Shown piece by piece: positions 26,501-37,096 of a stretch of 64,000 nt of DNA (position 1 is the first letter of the stretch; each line of letters opens with the position of its first letter). The stretch comes from Tubulanus polymorphus (lineage: Eukaryota; Animalia; Nemertea). The stretch is taken from NCBI RefSeq assembly GCF_964204645.1, contig NC_134035.1, forward strand, positions 2,046,001 to 2,110,000, read 5' to 3'. Made by a program: the position numbers and the translations under genes. The notes beneath the pieces were generated by a model. That model did not search any database. It was not told the origin of the DNA and saw only the letters and a program-made list of their open reading frames with translations.

Positions 26501-29500
26501 ATGGAAGTAAGTAAATTCTTTCGAATAATTACAGGCGGATTTAGGTCACACAGTTACTGAGTCTGTAATAACAAAACTAAATAAATTAATTCTCTTTTCT
26601 TTCCAGAGGGAAAGGAAAAAAAAAGCATTAGAAGTAAGTTTGAATTTGTCTGTTTAATGGACTTTATATCTTTTAAACCGTAAAGCAAACGAATACAGAA
26701 ATATCAATTTCAAAGTTACATAAATATCAGAGTTTTTCCAAACATAGATAAAAAACTTGTTTTTTGTTTCTTTTGTTTTAATCAAGATATGATCTATGTT
26801 TAATGTTTGCAACTGAATACGAAATAACGCAAGAAATTCATGAATTCTCTTTTCTTTTATAGCAGACGAAAGCAGCAGCAGCAGCAGCAGCAAAAACAGC
26901 AGCAGCATTTGTAAGTTTGAAGTTTTCTGTATCATGGACTTTTTTGTCCGTCTGTTCATCTCTCCATCTGTTCACTTGCGACATTTTCTATGATAGTGAC
27001 GAGTTTCAAGGTCAACGGTTTTTGTATATTTTCACCAGGGGGCGTTGAATATCAAATAAGTCTGATTATCAAGCGTCCAAATCATTTTTCGCGTGGGATT
27101 GGCGACTGGACCACAAGTTCATTGATAATATTAACCAACAGATATATGTAAACCAATGATCATCAAATAATATAACAATCGATTCTTAAAGAGCTTTTCA
27201 TCAGAATTTTGTCAAAAGTTACAGAATTTAATCTGAGTTCGATTCCCTTCAAAATGATTTACCATGTGGCATGTTTGATTTTAACTTAATGTAAGAAATT
27301 TATGCTAATGACATCAAAATCATTTTTCAGATACAGACATCTATATAAACCTGTCCAGTTTTTATGTCTACTGTGTTTATTAACGTTTGCTGCTGAATAT
27401 GAAATTTAAAACAAAACTGAATTTTCTTTCTTTTATTGCAGCAGAAACCAAAAACAACAGCTGCAGTAGCAGCGGCCGTTCCTGCACGAGTAAGTTTCTA
27501 TTTTATAATTACGATTTTATGATTACGTTCATTTTTCTAACCGAGACCGAAACTTCTCGCACCTTACACTTTACATCCCTATTTCGTTATCTGATATAAG
27601 CATTTCATAAGGCTGTGGTAAACCTCTTTGCCTATGGGCAATTATTTTTTGCGATTTTCATCGATTTCCAGACACAGATATTAAACCTGCCCAGTTTTTG
27701 TGTCTACTGTGTTTATTAACGTTTGCTGCTGAATATGAAATATAAAAAAAAAACTTACTGAATTTTCTTTCTTTTATTGCAGACGAAACCAACAGCGGCA
27801 GCAACAGCGGCAGCGGCCATTCCTGCACGAGTAAGTTTCAATTTTATAATTAAGCGTCATTCGTTTCCCGTGTATTCCCTCGTAGATGATCCTGTCTTAA
27901 CATCAACTTTAATCCAGTAGCACTCAGGAATTGCACTTAACTTAATGTAATATATTTATGCTAATGACATCAAAATCATTTTTCAGATACAGATATCTAT
28001 ATAAACCTGTCCAGTTTTTATGTCTACTGTGTTTATTAACGTTTGCTGCTGAATATGAAATATAAAACAAAACTGAATTTTCTTTCTTTTATTGCAGCAG
28101 AAACCAACAACAACAGCGGCCATTCCTGCACGAGTAAGTTTCTATTTTATAATTACGATTTTATGATTACGTTCATTTCTCTAACCGAGACCGAAACTTC
28201 TCGCACCTTACACTTTACATCCCTATTTCGTTATCTGATATAAGCATTTCATAAGGCTGTGGTAAACCTCTTGGCCTATGGGCAATTATTTTTTGTGATT
28301 TTCATCGATTTCCAGACAGATATTAAACCTGCCCAGTTTTTGTGTCTACTGTGTTTATTAACGTTTGCTGCTGAATATGAAATATAAAAACAAAAACTTA
28401 CTGAATTTTCTTTCTTTTATTGCAGACGAAACCAACAGCGGCAGCAACAGCGGCAGCGGCCATTCCTGCACGAGTAAGTTTCAATTTTATAATTAAGCGT
28501 CATTCGTTTCCCGTGTATTCCCTCGTAGATGATCCTGTCTTAACATCAACTTTAATCCATTAGCACTCAGGAATTGCACTTAACTTAATGTAATATATTT
28601 ATGCTAATGACATCAAAATCATTTTTCAGATACAGATATCTATATAAACCTGTCCAGTTTTTATGTCTACTGTGTTTATTAACGTTTGCTGCTGAATATG
28701 AAATATAAAACAAAACTGAATTTTCTTTCTTTTATTGCAGCAGAAACCAACAACAACAGCGGCCATTCCTGCACGAGTAAGTTTCTATTTTATAATTACG
28801 ATTTTATGATTACGTTCATTTCTCTAACCGAGACCGAAACTTCTCGCACCTTACACTTTACATCCCTATTTCGTTATCTGATATAAGCATTTCATAAGGC
28901 TGTGGTAAACCTCTTGGCCTATGGGCAATTATTTTTTGTGATTTTCATCGATTTCCAGACAGATATTAAACCTGCCCAGTTTTTGTGTCTACTGTGTTTA
29001 TTAACGTTTGCTGCTGAATATGAAATATAAAAACAAAAACTTACTGAATTTTCTTTCTTTTATTGCAGACGAAACCAACAGCGGCAGCAACAGCGGCAGC
29101 GGCCATTCCTGCACGAGTAAGTTTCAATTTTATAATTAAGCGTCATTCGTTTCCCGTGTATTCCCTCGTAGATGATCCTGTCTTAACATCAACTTTAATC
29201 CATTAGCACTCAGGAATTGCACTTAATTTAATGTAAGATATTTATGCTAATGACATCAAAATCATTTTTCAGATACAGATATCTATATAAACCTGTCCAG
29301 TTTTTATGTCTACTGTGTTTATTAACGTTTGCTGCTGTATATGAAATATAAAAAAAAAAACTTACTGAATTTTCTTTCTTTTATTGCAACAGAAACCAAC
29401 AGCAGCAGCACCGAAGGAAGTAAGTCAGCATTTTTCTGTTGTATCATGGATTTTCTGTCGTGTTCATTTCTATCTGACAGCCAATGTATTTCATACCGGG

Positions 29501-32500
29501 AACAAAGTCATAAAAATTCTCCTGTTCGTTTTATTAAATAACGATACAGAATCAAAACAATATCTATAACGAGGCATCCGTCGCTTAGAACTCATTTATT
29601 ACGTATATTGATACCTACGTGTGCTACTGAACATAAAATAACAAAACTAAAATTAATTCTCTTTTTTTCTTTCATGGCATCAGTGCAAACAAACAATAAC
29701 AACGACAACAACGAAAGAAGTAAGTTTTGGCCATGTTTTTAGTTTTCGCTCATCACTGACATTACTGATATCTTTCCTCGCAGTCTTAAATCGGCTCCAC
29801 TCAATTTCTCTCATGAAATGCTTTCCATGTTCGAACTACACGTGATCATGAACTTGAAAATGAAAAATGATTAAATCTAAATGTTGCTCGTTTATTTTAT
29901 AGGTCACCAGAAAGCGATGCCGATCCGTCGACGAGGTCAGTTTGAATTCTATCGAATCGTTCTCCCGTTATTACTTTCAATCTGTCTTTTCGTCCATAGA
30001 TAGGATCTCACAATCGCCAGTGGTATAGGCATTGTTCAGCAATTCAAGGGTGCTAATGTCCTAGAAAACCTGGCAATCTCATTGAATCAGAAAGATTGGG
30101 GAATTTGATAGATTTTTACCAAAATCCTGGTCCGTCGGTCGGTCCGTCGGTCGGTGATGTTCACGTCTCTGCACCCACAGCTTATGGTTATTCATGAAGA
30201 CTTGACCATTATTTCCTGTTTTAAGTCGTGTAGATTATTATCATTGTGGTTCAATATAGATTACGACTATCTGAAAGTTGAGATTTACTAAAGAAATGTG
30301 TATCAAAATTCTGAATGTTGATTTCAACTTTTTTTAAAATATTTTACAGCAACCCGTAAGCCCGCCTAAATGTCGGCGAGAGGAGGTAAGTTTCAATTTC
30401 ATTAAATCATTTTCGATATCGATGTTAAATATTGATAACCTTAGCCCTGTTTCATAGACTGTATATCAATAATACCCTAGAGGTATTTCTTCAACCTGAG
30501 CCCGATTTTGTAAACCGGATATCAATGTTACCCAGAGTTGCCAACCGTTCCTGATTTTCGGTATTTGTTACTCTTTTATGACAAGAAATACTGATTTGAT
30601 TTGTTCGATGCATATGAGAAGTATGAAAGATCTAACTGAGGGTCTTACTGTTGATTACTGATTGATTTGAACATTTATTTTCATATTACAATTTGTTACT
30701 GATAGCACTTTTCAGAGGTTGGCAGCCCTGTTGGTTGCCGATAGGTAAATCTTCAACATAGGTGACAACTTCATAATGAAAACCTTGGTAATGACTGAAA
30801 AATTTCAAAATGATCCCAGCTGGTATTATTTTTTCCCAACATCTATGAAACTTGGCTCTGGTGAACGCCTAGCCTCACTGGCAAGCAATTGTGATACTAT
30901 CGTGACCATATGTCACTTGTGATCAGTAAGTGTCATTTACCAAAAACATACGTACATTTTATCTTAATAAATTTTTTGTATTCTTTTTTATAGGACATCA
31001 ATTTATTCGACGACCTTTGGGTAAATATCCTTTTGATCGCCTACTCGTTCTCAGTGAATTTGGAGCCATCCCTTTCATTAGTGGGTGGCTCCATATATAC
31101 TCGCTTTTAGGGTTAGCTAGAATTTTTCATGATATTTCATGTTATTTTGATTACTAGAATGATGATTTCCCAGAGCCGCCGCCGCCGGAGCCCGAGGCTC
31201 CTACCATTATCGTAAGTTGTAAAAGATAATTATTTTCGTAGTTCACCAGATTATTATAATCTGATATTGATTTTCCTGCTGAAATATCCATGTTCTAAGA
31301 GATCCCATAGCATATCTCCACCAAGGTCAAACTTGGCTAAAGCTACGACCAATTTTGCTCGTAGGCTAAAGGCACCTAGTTTTTGCTAGCTTATTTGTTG
31401 TTGGAAAACATAAACACTGGTAATTCTGTTTGCAGCGCTGCAGCCGCTATACGGTATCATGGGTTCAATTCTAAAATGTCATTACTTAGGGGCAGTTCCG
31501 TGGGGGGCTGGTGAATTTGGCTATATTCCTTAAAGATATTTTTTGCCTGACCGCTGCAGCTGCCGCAGTTTAGGGGTCCTAACCAATAAGAATTTTGAAA
31601 TATGTTCTAATTTCCTTGTATCTGGGACATTCTGTTGGATCGAGTTACTTTAAAAAAAAAAATGTTATTCTGACTATATTCCGGAATACAATGGAATCTA
31701 GTTTGGATCCGCTACTGATTAAGCTATATAGAGTAGTATCTTCGGTCCTAAATTAATCACAGCTGAAGCCAGTTATATCTAAAGAGTGTTTGAAAGTAGT
31801 CGCACTCGGTCACAGTTTGTATCGATGCGAATATTCATCTTACCGAGTTCATATTATTCGTAAAATTGGCATTGATAATAGCGTGAAGCAATGTTTTTAA
31901 GTGAAACTAAGAATGTTTAAAAGTTGCGGCTCGGTCACAGTTTTGTATCGATGTGAATATTCTTCAGACCGAGTTAGTAGAATATTGAAATCATGTCACG
32001 CAGCATCCATCGGTTCAATTATCCTCAAAACAGTCTCTAAATCGAGGGTCAACTAAGAATTTCGATCATGGAATCTTTCATCCGTGGTATAGTTATTCAA
32101 AACTTGATTTCAGAATTTTTTTTCTTTACATTTCTAGGAATCGGAAATCGCGCGTATTGTGCAAATTGACGTAAGTTTACAATAGACAATTTCAGTTACA
32201 CATGTTGACACCCAGTGACTTTATAAATACCACCTGCCTGCCATCTACTGACAAAAACTTGAACTTTATTCCATAATGTACACTATACCGTTGTGGTTCT
32301 CATAAATCCGATCATTAGTAACAACCTATAACGTAATAATAACTATTTTTGATGGTTCACCAGATGAGGCTTTTTCTTAAATAGCTTGGTTTACGGGAAC
32401 CGCCTCCCGAAATTTGAAGAAAAGTCAAACAAAAGTAGAATTTTTTTTTACTCCCATCTGTGGAACAAATTCAGTGGAAAACGAGCAAAAAAGTTTTTCA

Positions 32501-35500
32501 CCTTCGCCGAATGAGAATCCCGGCTTGAATGATGAAAAAATTGAAAACCGCGCGTTTATTCTTTTTTTGATCACATTTGTGTGCAGAATTCGAACTTTCC
32601 AAGGATCATTGTTTTGGACATATGTATATTGCCCTATCGATCGTTCCCTCTTCCTTCAAAAACTGTGTTTATCGCGCTGAGCGAGTTCTTTTTTTTAAAT
32701 TTTCCGAAATGATATTTCAATAGTCTACCCTGTCAACCAAGCTATTAAAAAAATGCGAGATTCGAGATAATTTATTCTGATTTTCATAAATGCTAAATTG
32801 AGCTCTTGTTTTTCTTTTTATGTAGAGAAATGAATTCCACACGTGCGTGAATGTGCCGGTAAATATTGTGAACATTTCTATTGAATTTACAGTTGAACAC
32901 AAACGACTGCAGATGAAATATGTCTGAATTTTTGTTGACGTTGTTAAACTAAAGTTGATTTTTTATTTTATAGAAGAGGAAGCTCGAGGTACCGGCATCG
33001 GTGAGTTTGAATTTCATCAAATCATTTTACAGTCCGTTCGTCTGTGTGCCTGTCTCTCCGTCTGTCCGCCTGTCTCTCCGTCTGTCCGCCTGTCTCTCCG
33101 TCTGTCCGCCTGTCTCTCCGTCTGTGTGCCTGTCTCTCCGTCTGTCCGTCTGCCGACGGGATCTTGTGAAAGTTTAAGCTTACGACAAGTATGATTTGTG
33201 ATTGCGACGAGAGTTTGTCGATGCGAAAAAAACCATTTTCCAAGTGGCTTGAACATCTATTTTGGGCATGGAAAAAAAGGCACAAGATTTTCGCGATGGT
33301 AGTACGTGCCTCTTGTGATTGTGGAGAGTTTGTTGAAGCCCTTTTTGCAAGTGGTGTTGTCGTTTCTGCACCCGCAGTTCATGGTTATTCATTTCCATTT
33401 TTTAGTTGTGTAGATTATCATTTTCGTGGCTCACCAAAGATTATTAAGATAATCTGAAATTGAGATTTCCTTCAGAAATATGTTTGAAAATTCTGGATGT
33501 TGATTTCAACTTGTTTTTATTTTATAGGACCCCGTTAGCCCTAAACGGGCACGCGTCGGACCGGTTAAAGTAAGTTTGATTTGAGTCAAATCATTTTAAG
33601 TGAAGCTAATTTCAAATAAGTTTATTGATAATCTGGGCAGGGTTTTATAGACCACATCATTTTCTCCTAGGGGTAAATCCTCAACCGTGGCCTGATTTCA
33701 TAGACCGGGTTTCAATGTTGCCCCTAGCGGTAAATCCTCAACATAGGTGACAACCACCATTGTAACAATGATAAACTATGGTAAAAACTGACAAATTTTT
33801 AAATGTTTCCAGTTGTCCGAGCGTTCAAACCACTTTTCAAGTGATTTTCGCGTCTCTGCACCCACAGTTCATGGTTATTCATGAAGACTTGACCATTATT
33901 TCCTGTTTTAAGTCCTGTAGATTATTATCATTGTGGTTCACCAATGATTATGAGGATATTTTATTGTTTTCAAAATCTGCATCGGAAAAAGAATTAAAAT
34001 AGTGTAGAATTCTTCTGCTTTGGATCTCGTGGCACCAAAAAATCGAAACCAAAAAAAAGTAAAAATACCTAATTCTGGGGCGGCGGGACAGGGAGAGATC
34101 TAGAAATTTATGACAATCGGCTTGATGACCATCGCACGGAACTAACTGAATATCATTGGCTGGAAAACTAGGATCCAGCATCGGTATCTCTTTACTAGAT
34201 CATAACTTCAAACTGTGGAACTGGGTCCAGAACTGCGGAGCCAGGTTCTGTAACTGTGGGACTGGGTCCAGAACTGCGGAGCCAGGTTCTGTAACTGTGG
34301 GACTGGGTCCTGAACTGTGGAACCAAGTTTTATTATATTAAATTGAAATGAATCATTTTCATGTTTTTATAACCAATGGAAATATCGTTTTTTTACTTTC
34401 TAGACTGAAACACCTGCGACGCCGCCGCCGCCGCAAGCTGATGTAAGTTTGAACTATAAGTGAAAATAATTATAATGCATCAAATACACTGAATGTGTTG
34501 ATCATTACTGACACTTCAATGAACAGGAAGACATACAGAATCCCTGAATCTCTCTGGTCCTACTGAGCTATTCACATGTAGAATCCCTGAATCTCTCTGG
34601 TCCTACCGAGCTATTCTGATACCGAATTCTCCAATCAGTAAGAAATCATTTAATGTTTCGATGATTTAATCAATGTCGATTGTTTTGTTTTTTTCCAGAG
34701 AGACGAGATACCGCCGCTGAGGCGATCGCCGCGGCTGAGACGCCGAAGAGTAAGTTATTAGAGCCCTTGCGCTGTCATATATTCAGGTGAAAACTACTCA
34801 AATTAGAGATATCAAATAGTCGGGTATTTTTAACCGTAATGATATGATCCAGTGCTCACTATTAATACAATAAGAGATGCGCGAAAAAATATCGATGCTC
34901 TAATTTGACGACGACTTGTCGCACTTCTTGTTCACTTTCTGTCCCATTAGATTGTCTCACATACCTAAGCGGTGCCATCTGAAGGGATAGCTGGCGTGCC
35001 AGTTCCCTACTGTTCAAATTTCATTAAAGCGATGATGAAAGGATTATCCAATGGACCGGAACTGCTATACATAAACGCCGAATGTACTATAAAGAGAAAT
35101 CAAGAAAAACTTTGAAATTGTGATTTCTTGGTTTGTTTGGAAACTTTGCGCTGCATTAGTTGAGCTCTTGAAATGCTCTTGTTTGCAGGCTCTCTTTCAG
35201 CTTTTGATTTCATATAGGGAATTGGCCCCATTATCTCTCTAATTACGATTCGTGTTATCGAAACGCTAGTAAAAACTGCATGAATTTTGACTTTTTTTGT
35301 TGTTTTCTTAAACCTTAACATCATGATTGTTATTATATTATAGGCAGAAAATGCAGCTGCCGCCCCCGCCGCCCCCGTCGATGCGACGGAAAATGGTAAG
35401 TCTACACATATTCATGATCCTATTTAGATATGTCCGTTTGTAGCCAGACATTTTTAGCAGAGCTGCCCAAACTGTTACTGATTTTCGGTATTTGTTACTA

Positions 35501-37064
35501 TTTTATGACAAGAAATACTGAATTTGTCTCTGATTTGAACAGAAATATGAAAGATGTTACTGAGCGCCTTACTGTTGATAACTGATGATTAATTTAGTTA
35601 ACTGTAACTCACAACTGTGGAACTGGGTCCTGGATCCCGAGTTCAGAGTTAACTTTAACTCGTAACTGTAGAACTGGATCCTGAGTTCAGAGTTAAATCT
35701 AACTCATGTGTGGAACTGGATCCTGAGTTCAGAGTTAACTCTCGCAAATGTAGAACTAGATTCTGAGTTCAGAGTTAACTCATTTGTGGAACTGGATCCA
35801 GCACGTTAAAATTCCCAAAATCATGTCACTCCTGATGGAGTATGACGGCAGTATAACGGACTTTGACTGTATTGTCCACGTGGTAAAACTCCTATTGATC
35901 GTCCATGATTTAATGAAATACTAATAATTTTTCTCATTTATTTATTTTACAGTCATCGAAGAGATAAGGCGGAATATCGCCGCGGATCCGCGGTACTTAC
36001 TTAATTTTTTGACGCGATGTAAGTACAACTTTTTGCATTTATACTCTCTCCTCTCTCTTTCCACTGATCACATCATTTTTCATCCCCCCCCCCCCCCCCC
36101 CCGCTCGTGTTGAGATAAGTATCCTCAACGTACATTGAATAAGGTACTGGCTGCGTACAGATGGCGCAAAAATACACTCGTTGATACGCGATGAAATTAG
36201 TTTATTTTCGAACTCGATTTTCGCTTACAAAATTCAAATATAATCAAACGAATTTTTGTTCGAGCAACTTTCGCGTTGAGGAGAGAATCCCACAATGATA
36301 ATAAAAAGTCCAAAAATGAAACTTCGAGATAGTAGTTTATTTCAACGTTTCGACTATATCCTAATAGTCATCTTCAGGAATAATTCCTGATTATTATGAA
36401 GTTTCATTTTCGGACTTTTTATTATCATTGTGGGATTCTCTCCTCATCGCGTCAACACGGATAAAGTGTTCTACCAATCGTGAACTTTCGCGTATTGATA
36501 AAGCGATGAGTCGGCTACAGTTCAATCGGGAAGTGTCGACGAAATTGAAGCACGGTTATTGAGGAGTAACCACTAGCTGATCCTCGCTTGCCACAGTAAC
36601 GCAGCCACTGCCTCATCAAGCCCCGGGTCTTATTGACGGTACATCCTAGAAATAATTGAAATCGAAAAACGAGATCATTGTTCCCCTTACAGAATTCTGT
36701 ATAACAAAAGCCTATTTATTTTCGTGCGGCGTCAACCATTTTCAGACACATCGTGAAATATCAGTAACTAACGATACACCGCGCCGTGGTGTAGACGCAC
36801 TGTAGTGCTATTCCCGTTATTCAACACACTTGGGTGGAATTTTTCAAAATTTTCAAATTATCTCCAGCACTATAGGGTATTGATCAGTCAGCACTGAAAG
36901 GGTTAATAAGATAAAAAACCAACTTTATTTACAAATTAAAAGAATTCTAAAATCGAGAATTTATTTATGGAAACAATCTAAAACATAAGAACACGACGTT
37001 TCGATCTCACCCTAGAGATCATCGTCAGGTGTGAGATATTGACTAAAAACGGATTAATTATATA

Positions 37065-37096
<32 letters not shown>

